From: an uncultured archaeon
Lineage (GTDB): Archaea; Aenigmatarchaeota; Aenigmatarchaeia; CG10238-14
Reading direction: 5' to 3'
DNA length: 64,000 nt
Assembly: GCA_964392445.1 (NCBI GenBank)
Contig: CAYMPD010000001.1
Span: 61,030 to 125,029, forward strand
The notes beneath the pieces were generated by a model, which was given only the letters and a program-made list of their open reading frames with translations, was not told where the DNA came from and searched no databases. This document shows positions 25,863 to 35,560 of the stretch, one piece after another; position 1 is the first letter of the stretch; each line of letters starts with the position of its first letter. The position numbers and the translations under genes are program-made.

Positions 25863-27815
25863 ATGGAAATATATAAGAAAAGAATTTCCTTACTCTTTAT
25901 TTTATTCTTATCTTTTATGATATTTTCTATAAATATTATTAATGCGGATACTTGGGAAGATACATGCGAAAGTGACGAAGATTGTACTGAATATATAGAT
26001 GAAAATACTGGAAACCCCATCGACACATGTAAAGATAATACTAAATGGTTTTGTGCTGTAGATTGGGGAACTTCAGAATGTGATCATCCTATTAAAAATT
26101 GCAGATTAAAATGTTTAGAAGGTTGTTGTTGGGTTGCTGACGGGAGTACTAATTGTGATAGTGGTTACAGTTATTGTTATTGTCCGGATGGTCCTCCTCC
26201 TGAGGACGATGTTGGTTGTGAAAATATACCAAAAGACCATGTCCCAGAAAGTTGTCCTAAATGTAAAAATTGTGAAGACTGTATATACCATTGGTGGACA
26301 CCAGGAGGAAATTCATGCGGTTGGTGTGGTGATGATAATACATGTAAATATGGAAGTCTTTCTGGACCTGAAGAGGGAGAGTGTAATGATTGGTACTGGG
26401 TTAATTGTGAAGGAGCTGCGGAACCTCAAGAATGTTCACAAGGTTCACAGGAATCGACTGATTGGGATTGGACACCAGACGGATGTATAACGTCACAATG
26501 GAACTGTGAAAATTGCGGTACAGCAGATGAATGCTGTGAGATTTGGGGAGATCCAGGATGTGAGTCTGGATTATATGTAAAAGGAACTAAGGGTTATATT
26601 TACGTTGTAGATCCTTCTATAAGTCAGGTTGCATGTGAAGAATATGAGCCTCCTAATGAAGCTCGTATTGAAATTAGTCTTGATCCTGAACAGGAATGTT
26701 ATGAACCAGGTGATGAAATGAACTATATAACACTTAAATTCTATTTAAATGACGTTTTAACAGATCCTAGCGAAAAGACCCTAAAAATAAAATATCATGA
26801 AGAAGATTTAATTAATGATTATACTGATCAGCTTTCTAAAAACAAAATAGGTGAATATAAATTCACTTGGGATTTGACTATAGAGGAGGAGGATGCTACG
26901 GGACTCAGAAAAATAACCGCAACAGCAACTTTTCCAGGAGGAGAAACAACAGAAGCAACTAAAGAATACGAAATTCAAGAGACTTGTGATGGTAGTAGTG
27001 ATGATGCTATCCCAATAACCGACTGTCAAGAAATAACTGAACCAGGGAATTACGTTTTAGCGAATGATATTACTATGACTGGTCAAAATAAAGTTAGTTA
27101 TGATAAATCCAGTGGAGGTACTTATTACGCTTGTATAGTTATTAGTACTTCGAATGTTAATATAGAAGGTAATGGAAAGAGTATAGAAGGTTACCGAGAA
27201 TATTTAGGTATAGCCATTTTAGGAGATAACAATAAGATTGAAAATTTAAAATTAAAAAATTTCTGGACAGGCATTAGGATATATAGTGGAAAAAATGATA
27301 ATACAATAACTGATACCGTAATTACAAATATGGACGAAGATGGTATATTTGTTGATTCAAATTCCAATATAATAAAAAACAATATATTTGAAAATAATGG
27401 GAGAAACGGAGTTTTTATCACTACGATCACTACGGATACAGAAGACAATACAATAGAAGGGAATGTTATTAAAAAGAGTGGAGTTAATGGGATTGTGATT
27501 TTTGGGGGTACTCATAAAATTAATGGAAATACTGTCTGTGAAAACACTAATAATGATATAATGTTATCAGCGAGATCAACAACCTCTGAACTTTCCAATA
27601 ACGTTTGTAACATTCTATCATACCCTTTGGGCCCAGGACGATGTGGAAGATTATGTCCCGGTACCAGTACTCAATATTCTACCGAAACCCCCGAAGCAGG
27701 AGAATCACTCCAATTATCTTTTTACGGGCAAGATATATATCAAGGAGGACTAGCAATAATAACAGACCACTTCAACGACCAATCATCCAACGAATCGAAC
27801 ACGGCTCAGAGGTAG
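25863..27815 (+). CDS. Large secreted surface protein: Cys-rich (PSI-like) region, Ig-like region, parallel beta-helix (NosD-like)
   Basis: Signal peptide, CxxC..CGWC..C..C..W motif, and repeated GIxI..SN.N.I..N beta-helix rungs. The C-terminus may continue in the -1 frame to 27913. Confidence 0.72.
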   Translation: MEIYKKRISLLFILFLSFMIFSINIINADTWEDTCESDEDCTEYIDENTGNPIDTCKDNTKWFCAVDWGTSECDHPIKNCRLKCLEGCCWVADGSTNCDSGYSYCYCPDGPPPEDDVGCENIPKDHVPESCPKCKNCEDCIYHWWTPGGNSCGWCGDDNTCKYGSLSGPEEGECNDWYWVNCEGAAEPQECSQGSQESTDWDWTPDGCITSQWNCENCGTADECCEIWGDPGCESGLYVKGTKGYIYVVDPSISQVACEEYEPPNEARIEISLDPEQECYEPGDEMNYITLKFYLNDVLTDPSEKTLKIKYHEEDLINDYTDQLSKNKIGEYKFTWDLTIEEEDATGLRKITATATFPGGETTEATKEYEIQETCDGSSDDAIPITDCQEITEPGNYVLANDITMTGQNKVSYDKSSGGTYYACIVISTSNVNIEGNGKSIEGYREYLGIAILGDNNKIENLKLKNFWTGIRIYSGKNDNTITDTVITNMDEDGIFVDSNSNIIKNNIFENNGRNGVFITTITTDTEDNTIEGNVIKKSGVNGIVIFGGTHKINGNTVCENTNNDIMLSARSTTSELSNNVCNILSYPLGPGRCGRLCPGTSTQYSTETPEAGESLQLSFYGQDIYQGGLAIITDHFNDQSSNESNTAQR

Positions 27816-27952
27816 AAATAACACCCCAATCACCAGGACAACTAGTAACGAGAGCAATATCGTTCGACCCTGAAGTCAAAGTCACCAATCTTGTTCAGGA
27901 AGTGGAGGAGTAACAATCAACCTTTTTTACCCAGTATTCCTAATTTGTTATT

Positions 27953-30310
27953 ATGAACAAAACATTCATCCTCGTCGTGATCATTCTTCTACTAATACCT
28001 GTAATCCGAGCTGGGGGTGTACCTGGTACCAAAATAGCCACTTTTGTCTCGAAATATTCATCTAGAAGTATGGACCCTGATACATATGAATACTACCAAA
28101 AAATAAAAGAAAATTATAATGTTTACATTGTCCAAGACTCTTCTGTTGCAGGTGATAGTCATGATTGGAAAACCGCTTCCCAAATTTCAGATCTAGTTTT
28201 CGTTACCGCCCTCAGTCACAAAATGTTAAATGAAAGTAAAGATGCGTTCTGTGAGAATTTGGGTCACATATTAACAGAATCTGTTGGTTTAATTTTCGCA
28301 GGTAACTCTCTAATCTTCTATAGTAATAACACACCAGATGGAACTATTAATACTTCAAGTTGTATTTATACTGATTATTTTGATTTTGGTCACGCCGCTC
28401 CTAATACAGAAATAACTGACAATAAAATCAAGATATCAGAGTATCATGAAATAACAGAAGGATATGAAACAAAAGAATATAATTTAGCTCAATCTAACAA
28501 AATTTACCCTATAGTCTCTCCTAAGAATGGCCTGAACTTAGCCACTGTCTATGGGGACCCAGATGGTTCTGGGTCGATGGTAATAGGTCCAGATGATTAT
28601 CCAACAGTGGTTTTATGGCAAGGAATTCGTCACAACACCCTAGTTTGGGGACTAACAACATCCGAAATGGAGGGTTGTACGGATTGTCTTGGATGGGATT
28701 TATTTGAACAAATAATAGACTGGATATCAGACGAAGAAAACATGGGATTTGAGATTTACACGGATAAAGAGGTATATTTTTTGGATGAAACCATTAACAT
28801 TGATGTCCAATCTCATGTTGATATCGAAGATATTAAGGGGAAAATAATCTACCCAACTGGCAGAGAAGAAGAATTATATTTCACTGGCTCGGGAAAATTT
28901 TGGAGTAGTATGTATCCTTTTGAAGTTGGTGATCCTCCTGGTAATTATACTATATCCACTACAATAGATACATTGAATATAAGAAAAGAAGTCATTGTTA
29001 AGACAATGGAGATTGACATAGATGTCATTAATAATACAAAAGAAGTTGAAATTTATGTTGATCTAAAAGACAAATACAATGATCTCTTGGAAAACGGTAA
29101 TATGAATATAACTATAACTAAGCCTTCTGGCATCCAAAGCAGTTACAATTTTGAAGATACTAGTTCTGCTCATCTTATATATAACGTCACCGAGAGTGGT
29201 ATTCATGTTGTTTATATTTCTGCTCAAGGGAATGGTGGTTCACAATCTAAAACTGAAAGTTTCTATTTCAAACTAAAACCAAAACTGACTTTTATACCTG
29301 AAAATATCACTGAAACGGTTAACTATCCTCAAAACCTGACAAGAAGTATAACTATAAGTAACGATGGTAATGAGAGTGTTGCTAATGTTGTACCTAAAAG
29401 CGGGGGAGAGATTGGTGATTGGATTGATTTTAACGATACCCCCTTTAGTCTAGGAAAAGGGAACTCTACCTACTTATCCTTGGAAATATCTGTACCTGAA
29501 GTGGGTGAAGGTGAACACAAAGGATTTATCAACTTCAGTTCAAGTGAGGGGTCTGATATATTTCCTATAACTGTCGAAATTGATTATTTAGGTCAATTAT
29601 CTGTAAAACCTCAATCATATCAAGAAGTGTTTTCAACGGGTGAAATACGAGAACTAGAATATCAATTAGAAAATATTGGTAAAGGAAGTTTAGAAATAAA
29701 ATCAATAACACCTAGCCAACAAATAGAAGAATGGGTTCATGTCTCCAACCAACCTAGACTAATTCCATCAGGAGGAAGAGCATCATTAAAAGTTCTAGTG
29801 TCGACTCAGGGTGTAGATGTTGAGGGAATGTTAAAGACGATAAGTGGGAATCTCGAAATAGTCACTGATTTAGGTACATATGATTCTCCTCCCAGTTTGA
29901 GTTTTAAGGTCTACTCTGATATCTCTAAAAAGGCTGAAGGATTTTACCCAGATTTAGTTGAAATTGAGAGAAAATTGGAAGACCTAAAAGAGAAAACAGA
30001 TGTGACAGAATTCCAAGAAGAAGTTGATAATATAAGGCTGAAAATAATGCAAGTTCAGGAACTTTATAATAACGAACAGTTAGAAAGTGCTTATGAAAAA
30101 TATAACTCGATTCAATCAGAAATTGACAATCTGGAATCAAAGGTTGATCAAAAGGAGACTGAACTGGAACAAAGAAAACAAAAAACTATAACTATTGCTA
30201 TTATCGCCGTGGGAGTTTTAGTTGGAATAATAATTCTTTACATAATCATCAAGAAACTTAAAGGGAAATCCGAGTATGGGTGGTTATATCAGAAATGGAA
30301 AAATCGTTAA
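27953..30310 (+). CDS. Large cell-surface protein with Ig-like/CARDB-type repeats, coiled coil and C-terminal TM anchor
   Basis: Signal peptide, ITISNDGNE and YQLENIGKGSL Ig-like motifs, C-terminal TM helix followed by a basic tail. Confidence 0.72.
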   Translation: MNKTFILVVIILLLIPVIRAGGVPGTKIATFVSKYSSRSMDPDTYEYYQKIKENYNVYIVQDSSVAGDSHDWKTASQISDLVFVTALSHKMLNESKDAFCENLGHILTESVGLIFAGNSLIFYSNNTPDGTINTSSCIYTDYFDFGHAAPNTEITDNKIKISEYHEITEGYETKEYNLAQSNKIYPIVSPKNGLNLATVYGDPDGSGSMVIGPDDYPTVVLWQGIRHNTLVWGLTTSEMEGCTDCLGWDLFEQIIDWISDEENMGFEIYTDKEVYFLDETINIDVQSHVDIEDIKGKIIYPTGREEELYFTGSGKFWSSMYPFEVGDPPGNYTISTTIDTLNIRKEVIVKTMEIDIDVINNTKEVEIYVDLKDKYNDLLENGNMNITITKPSGIQSSYNFEDTSSAHLIYNVTESGIHVVYISAQGNGGSQSKTESFYFKLKPKLTFIPENITETVNYPQNLTRSITISNDGNESVANVVPKSGGEIGDWIDFNDTPFSLGKGNSTYLSLEISVPEVGEGEHKGFINFSSSEGSDIFPITVEIDYLGQLSVKPQSYQEVFSTGEIRELEYQLENIGKGSLEIKSITPSQQIEEWVHVSNQPRLIPSGGRASLKVLVSTQGVDVEGMLKTISGNLEIVTDLGTYDSPPSLSFKVYSDISKKAEGFYPDLVEIERKLEDLKEKTDVTEFQEEVDNIRLKIMQVQELYNNEQLESAYEKYNSIQSEIDNLESKVDQKETELEQRKQKTITIAIIAVGVLVGIIILYIIIKKLKGKSEYGWLYQKWKNR

Positions 30311-30627
30311 CCTTTGAGTTTAATTTGAATATGAACTCCCTGTGGGACCTGAATCCTCAGAACCTTTCTTAAAGCCCTATCATCAGCCTGCATATCGATT
30401 ATTCTTTTGTGTACTCTCATTTCCCATCTATCGTAAGTTGTGTTTCCGTGCCCTGTACCGTCCCCGCAAGGTGTTTTCATAGTTGTTACCTTTAACTTTT
30501 TGGTAGGTAGGGGTATAGGACCTTTCCAATTAACTCCTAACTTCTTGGCAACTCCAGTTATCTCTGTACAAATCTCTTTTAATTTTTCTGGGTCTTTGCT
30601 TGAAAGCTTAATTCTTGCCATCTGCAT
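30307..30627 (-). CDS. rps10: 30S ribosomal protein uS10
   Basis: ARIKL, GPIPLPTKKL and WEMRVHKRIID motifs. Confidence 0.95.
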   Translation of the reverse strand: MQMARIKLSSKDPEKLKEICTEITGVAKKLGVNWKGPIPLPTKKLKVTTMKTPCGDGTGHGNTTYDRWEMRVHKRIIDMQADDRALRKVLRIQVPQGVHIQIKLKG

Positions 30628-30675
30628 AAGTATCAAATACTAAATGTGATGTTAATGCATTTAAATCTTTTGTTC

Positions 30676-31929
30676 TCAGGTTCCTTCTTTCCAGGAATTC
30701 AAATATTTTTTCTGTTTTTTAGTTAATTTATCGATTTTTATTCCCATTGAATCTAATTTCAGAGAAGCGATTCTTTTATCAATCTCGGGAGGTACATCAT
30801 AAACTTTATTTTTTAGTTTCTTTTGATTTTTAACAACATATTCCGCAGATAAAGCATGATTACTGAAAGACATATCCATCACATTACAAGGATGTCCTTC
30901 TGCACCTGCTAGATTAACTAGTCTTCCTTCTGCAAGTAAATAGATTTTTTTACCGTTTTTCAGGGTATATTCAACCGTGTTTTCTCGGATTTTTTTCTTG
31001 TTTTTAGCAATTTTTTCAAGTCCCTTTACATCTACTTCCACATTAAAGTGTCCAGAATTAGCAACTATAGCACCATTCTTCATTAACCCGAAGTGTTTCT
31101 CTGTGATAATATCTCTGTCACCTGTAGAAGTAACGAAAATATCTCCTAACTTTGCGGCTTCATTCATAGGCATTACCCGATAACCATCCATAACCGCTCT
31201 TAAGGCACGAAGAGGATTAACCTCTGTTATTATAACATTTGCACCCATTCCTCTAGCCCTTTTTGCTATTCCACTCCCACAGTCCCCATAACCACCCATA
31301 ACAAAGGTTTTTCCAGCGAACATAATATTAGTTGATCTAAGAATCCCATCAATTGTACTTTGAGCCGTTCCGAGATGATTATCAAACATGTGCTTAGTGG
31401 GTGTATCATTGACAGCAATGATCGGGTATTTCAACGCCCCATCTCTCTCCATGGCTCTAAGTCTTATTACACCCGTCGTAGTCTCTTCCTGTCCCGCATA
31501 AACATCCTTGATTAGCTCCTGTCGGTCGCTGTGGATGGTTGAAATAAGGTCTGCACCATCATCTATAGTAATACTTGGCTTAAGATCTAGGGCTTTGTTA
31601 AGACACCAGTAATATTCCTTGTTAGTACATCCTCTCCAAGCGTAAACGTGAATTCCTTCCTTAGCAAGAGCTGCAGCGACATCATCTTGGGTAGATAAAG
31701 GGTTGGATTGACATAAACCTACTTTTGCTCCGCCCAATTTCAAGGTTTTAACTAGAACTGCGGTTTCTTTTGTGACGTGTAAACAGCAACCTATGGTTAA
31801 TCCTTTGAATGGTTTATTTTTCTTGAATTCTTCTCTTATTTTCATCAGAACAGGCATATGATCTTCTGCCCATTCTATTTTTAATTTTCCTTGCTTAGTC
31901 AATTTAATATCTTTTACCTTATAATCCAA
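30676..31929 (-). CDS. ahcY: Adenosylhomocysteinase (SAH hydrolase)
   Basis: CLHVTKETA, SNPLSTQDDVAAAL, EETTTG, GYGDCGSG and GRLVNL motifs. TTG start with SD GGAGGT. Confidence 0.96.
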   Translation of the reverse strand: MDYKVKDIKLTKQGKLKIEWAEDHMPVLMKIREEFKKNKPFKGLTIGCCLHVTKETAVLVKTLKLGGAKVGLCQSNPLSTQDDVAAALAKEGIHVYAWRGCTNKEYYWCLNKALDLKPSITIDDGADLISTIHSDRQELIKDVYAGQEETTTGVIRLRAMERDGALKYPIIAVNDTPTKHMFDNHLGTAQSTIDGILRSTNIMFAGKTFVMGGYGDCGSGIAKRARGMGANVIITEVNPLRALRAVMDGYRVMPMNEAAKLGDIFVTSTGDRDIITEKHFGLMKNGAIVANSGHFNVEVDVKGLEKIAKNKKKIRENTVEYTLKNGKKIYLLAEGRLVNLAGAEGHPCNVMDMSFSNHALSAEYVVKNQKKLKNKVYDVPPEIDKRIASLKLDSMGIKIDKLTKKQKKYLNSWKEGT

Positions 31930-32014
31930 ATTATCTACCTCCCTAAAAGTTACTATTTAATTTTCTCGGTTCATTGATAAATAGGTTTAAATATTTCAGA
32001 AATATTATTTTTGC

Positions 32015-32236
32015 ATGGTATTAACAAATTTGCCTCAAGATATTAGAATTATAAACGAATACCAATTACCTTCTGATGTAAAATTTGTTGATCTCTCCCA
32101 TCCAGAGGTTGAAACTCGCCCATTTGATACCGTATATTCAGTTTTAGTTAAAGATAGAGTAGTGGGTGAATTAATACCCAAATACGGGAGATTATGTGAA
32201 GTTGAATATGAAGGTCATATATACTCATCAAGATAA
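32015..32236 (+). CDS. Hypothetical protein (73 aa)
   Basis: ORF fills the gap between two reverse-strand genes. No recognised motif. Confidence 0.4.
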   Translation: MVLTNLPQDIRIINEYQLPSDVKFVDLSHPEVETRPFDTVYSVLVKDRVVGELIPKYGRLCEVEYEGHIYSSR

Positions 32237-33133
32237 TTAAAATCTAACAATTTCCCTAAATTTCTGGTATCTTTGCTCAATATCTTCCATTTTCAACGAT
32301 AAAAATTTACCCACACTAAAATCCTCAACAGCAAAAGAACCCATAACATTACCATAAACAATTGCTTCTTTGAGTATTTTTTCGTCTAATTTTCCTTTTC
32401 TTGAGATATGCCCCAGAAAACCACCAGCAAACGAGTCCCCAGCACCAGTAGGGTCAACAATATCCTCCATTGGGTAAGCAGGTGCAGGGAAAACAGTATC
32501 ATTAGAAACTAATAGAGAACCATGTTCCCCTTTTTTGACAACGACATAATCTGGTCCCCATGAAAGAATCTTTTTAGCCGCTTTAATCAGATTAGGTTCC
32601 TTACACATCATTCTTATTTCATCATCATTTAACACAACAACATCCACCGAGGACATCATCTCTTTGACCTTATTTCTCTTGTTTTTTATCCAGTATTCGA
32701 TTGTATCACACACTGACAAGACGGGATTATCAACTTGTTTCAAAACTTTAAGATTCTGAACAGGATCATTATTCGCTAAGTAAACATAATCAGCTTTTTT
32801 GTAATAATCAGGCAATTCTGGGTTAAAATTCTCAATCACATTCAACTCAGTTTTGTTCTCCTCTCTTTTGCTGAATCCGTAGTCAAACGCTGAGTCATAA
32901 AAGAATGTTTTGCCTTTTTTGTCTACTTTTACCCCAGACAAGTCTAGTCTTTTCTTCAGAATTTTATAGTATTTATCGGGAAAATCTCCGCCGATTATCC
33001 CAACTATACCTGTTTTCGAGAAGAAACTTGCTGATAAGCCTGTGTAAACTGCTGCTCCACCTAGGATTCTTTCCATGGTTTTAAAGGGTGTTCTTGTCGT
33101 ATCCAAAGCAACTGTACCAACGCAGATAATCAT
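32237..33133 (-). CDS. PfkB-family kinase (adenosine/nucleoside kinase-like)
   Basis: GGAAVY, VKKGEHG and DPTGAGDSFAGG PfkB signatures. Confidence 0.88.
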   Translation of the reverse strand: MIICVGTVALDTTRTPFKTMERILGGAAVYTGLSASFFSKTGIVGIIGGDFPDKYYKILKKRLDLSGVKVDKKGKTFFYDSAFDYGFSKREENKTELNVIENFNPELPDYYKKADYVYLANNDPVQNLKVLKQVDNPVLSVCDTIEYWIKNKRNKVKEMMSSVDVVVLNDDEIRMMCKEPNLIKAAKKILSWGPDYVVVKKGEHGSLLVSNDTVFPAPAYPMEDIVDPTGAGDSFAGGFLGHISRKGKLDEKILKEAIVYGNVMGSFAVEDFSVGKFLSLKMEDIEQRYQKFREIVRF

Positions 33134-33164
33134 AGTTAGAAATAGTTTTTTAGAATTAAGTGTT

Positions 33165-34451
33165 TTAATTGGAAATAAAATTTTCCATTATTTTCCCAGC
33201 TTTGTCAAATACTTCCTCCTCGTCAATCCCAAGAATATCCTTATCCTTCATCAAAAATTTACCATTAACAATAGTACTATCAACATCCCAACCCCGACAA
33301 GAATAAACCAGACTAGAGACAACGGTACTCTTACCATGAACAGGTTGGAGATGGGGTTTCTTAAAGTCAACAAGAATTAAATCCGCACTTTTACCTTCCT
33401 CCACACTTCCAACTTTATCGTCAATTCTAAAAACACTAGCACCATCAATAGTAGCCAAATCCAAAGCCTTCTGAGCGGGAATAAATGTAGGATCTCTGTT
33501 ATAAAACTTGTTAACCAATGAACAATTCTTCATCTCTTCGAACATATCCAGATTATTGTTAGAAGCACAACCATCTGTACCTAAACCTACTCTAATATTT
33601 TTGCTAAAAATCTCTCTCAGGGGCGGCATTCGACCATTAGCAAGTTTCATATTAGAAGTGGGGCAATGAACAACACTACAATTCCTTTTAGAAAATATAT
33701 CAACATCCTTATTAGTCAACCAATTGCAATGGACAGCTATTAGTTTGTCGTTTAAAATTCCAATCTCATCCAAGTGTTCCACAGGTGTTTTTTTCTTAGT
33801 TTTCTGAAAATCTTTAACCTCTTTCTCTGTTTCTGAAACATGCGTGTGCATAAGAATATCGTATTTGTCTGAACTTTCTTTTAATTTAAGTAATGTTTCT
33901 TCAGAACAGGAATAGGGAGCGTGCATGTTGACTAATGGAGTTATTAACTCATCTCCTAACCATTTTTTCGTAAATCTATCAGAGTAAGGAAGTTGTTTTC
34001 CAATATTCCAATCAAATATTACTTCACCTAAGAAGCACCTTAAACCCGTTTCTTCAACGGCTTTCGCTATATCATCTACATGAATGTACATGTCGTTAAA
34101 ACAAGTAACCCCAAATCTTATCATTTCCAAACAGGCAAGAAGAGAACCTAAATAGCAGTCTTCTGGTTTTAACTTTGCTTCTAATGGCCATATCTTCTCC
34201 TCCAACCAAGGTTTGAGCTCCATATCATCCGCATACCCGCGAAAAAGAGTCATGGATGAGTGAGTGTGAGCGTTGATTAGCCCTGGTAAAAGAACTTTTC
34301 CTTTTCCGTCAATTACATGATCTGCTTCTACTTTGGGATTTCCTATTTCTACTATTTTACCGTCTTCAATGTAAACTGATTTATTTCTAAGGATTTCTCT
34401 TTTGGAATTTTGGGTTACTATCCAATCGGGATTTTTGAGTAGGATTGACAT
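33165..34451 (-). CDS. mtaD: Amidohydrolase, MTA/SAH/5'-deoxyadenosine deaminase-like
   Basis: NAHTH, HAPYSC, HTHVSE, HCPTSNMKL and GTDGCASNN motifs. Confidence 0.85.
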   Translation of the reverse strand: MSILLKNPDWIVTQNSKREILRNKSVYIEDGKIVEIGNPKVEADHVIDGKGKVLLPGLINAHTHSSMTLFRGYADDMELKPWLEEKIWPLEAKLKPEDCYLGSLLACLEMIRFGVTCFNDMYIHVDDIAKAVEETGLRCFLGEVIFDWNIGKQLPYSDRFTKKWLGDELITPLVNMHAPYSCSEETLLKLKESSDKYDILMHTHVSETEKEVKDFQKTKKKTPVEHLDEIGILNDKLIAVHCNWLTNKDVDIFSKRNCSVVHCPTSNMKLANGRMPPLREIFSKNIRVGLGTDGCASNNNLDMFEEMKNCSLVNKFYNRDPTFIPAQKALDLATIDGASVFRIDDKVGSVEEGKSADLILVDFKKPHLQPVHGKSTVVSSLVYSCRGWDVDSTIVNGKFLMKDKDILGIDEEEVFDKAGKIMENFISN

Positions 34452-34485
34452 GTTAAGTTTTATTGAATTGAAAATTTAAATTAGG

Positions 34486-35448
34486 TTAGTGATAAAGGTC
34501 TCTAATAAGTTCACGAGATAATATTTCGATTCTAGGTCCAATTTTTTCCATCGCGGCCAATACCTCAGCATCATCAGTATTATTAGTAAGTGTATCATGA
34601 TCAAATTTTTCATCATAAACCTCTTCCATTGTATTTGATATACCGGATATTCCTAAAACTCTTACATCTTCCAAATCATCTGAGCCCTCCAGGCCCAGAA
34701 ACCCTCTCATTCCTATAAGTTCTATAATAGTTGACATCCCAACACTACCCAATCCAAATGCTCGAAATCTTGATGTTTTAGCGGCAGGCTCAAATTCGGA
34801 GCCAGCAACATACCTATAAACACCAGTTCTACATGGTATTTCAAGTTTTTCAGCGATGTCTTTTACCCTATCTGTGAGCTCTAAGTCATAAATACCACCA
34901 TAATAAGGTTGTGGGAGATGGTGAACTACACGAACATCAGGAGGTGGACATATTAAAGGGTTCTGATCATGAGTTAAAGATGAGTAATCGTGATCAATTA
35001 TTAGCATCAAATCCCCCACTTCATAGTCGGAATTAAGGCCCCCAGCAGCATTTGTCAAGACCAAAAGTTCTATACCCATTAATTTCATTAATCTCGTTAA
35101 AAATGCTATTTCATGTCCATTATATCCTTCATGGTAATGATTCCTACCGTTTGCAACTATTGTTTCAACATCTTCAAAATACCCTACTGAGAATTTCTTT
35201 TCGTGTCCAATTGCGGAATATCTTCCAGGAATAGGAGGGAAACATAGAATATTAGAATATGGAATCTCAACACCACCCTCTGGTACTATACAACCCTTTT
35301 GTGCCGAACCAAGAATAAAACCTAATCTTGGACTTTGAAGACTTCTAGGAACTTGATCTAATAAATCTCTATAGGCTCTTGAAAGATCATGTGAAGTAAG
35401 ATATTCCTTTTCCGCCTTTTCAATATAATTTAACCAGGGATTTATCAT
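34486..35448 (-). CDS. Divergent trimeric-type purine nucleoside phosphorylase
   Basis: ILGS, GRNHYHEG, TNAAGGLN, IDH and VGMST motifs. Confidence 0.78.
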   Translation of the reverse strand: MINPWLNYIEKAEKEYLTSHDLSRAYRDLLDQVPRSLQSPRLGFILGSAQKGCIVPEGGVEIPYSNILCFPPIPGRYSAIGHEKKFSVGYFEDVETIVANGRNHYHEGYNGHEIAFLTRLMKLMGIELLVLTNAAGGLNSDYEVGDLMLIIDHDYSSLTHDQNPLICPPPDVRVVHHLPQPYYGGIYDLELTDRVKDIAEKLEIPCRTGVYRYVAGSEFEPAAKTSRFRAFGLGSVGMSTIIELIGMRGFLGLEGSDDLEDVRVLGISGISNTMEEVYDEKFDHDTLTNNTDDAEVLAAMEKIGPRIEILSRELIRDLYH

Positions 35449-35560
35449 AACCCTTTAATTAAAAATAAAATATTAATAAAGAAATCTAAACTTTCGTATA
35501 AAATAATTTAACTTCTAGTAGAATTTAACTAAAAATAAAATAAGAAAAAAGAGGAGGTCA

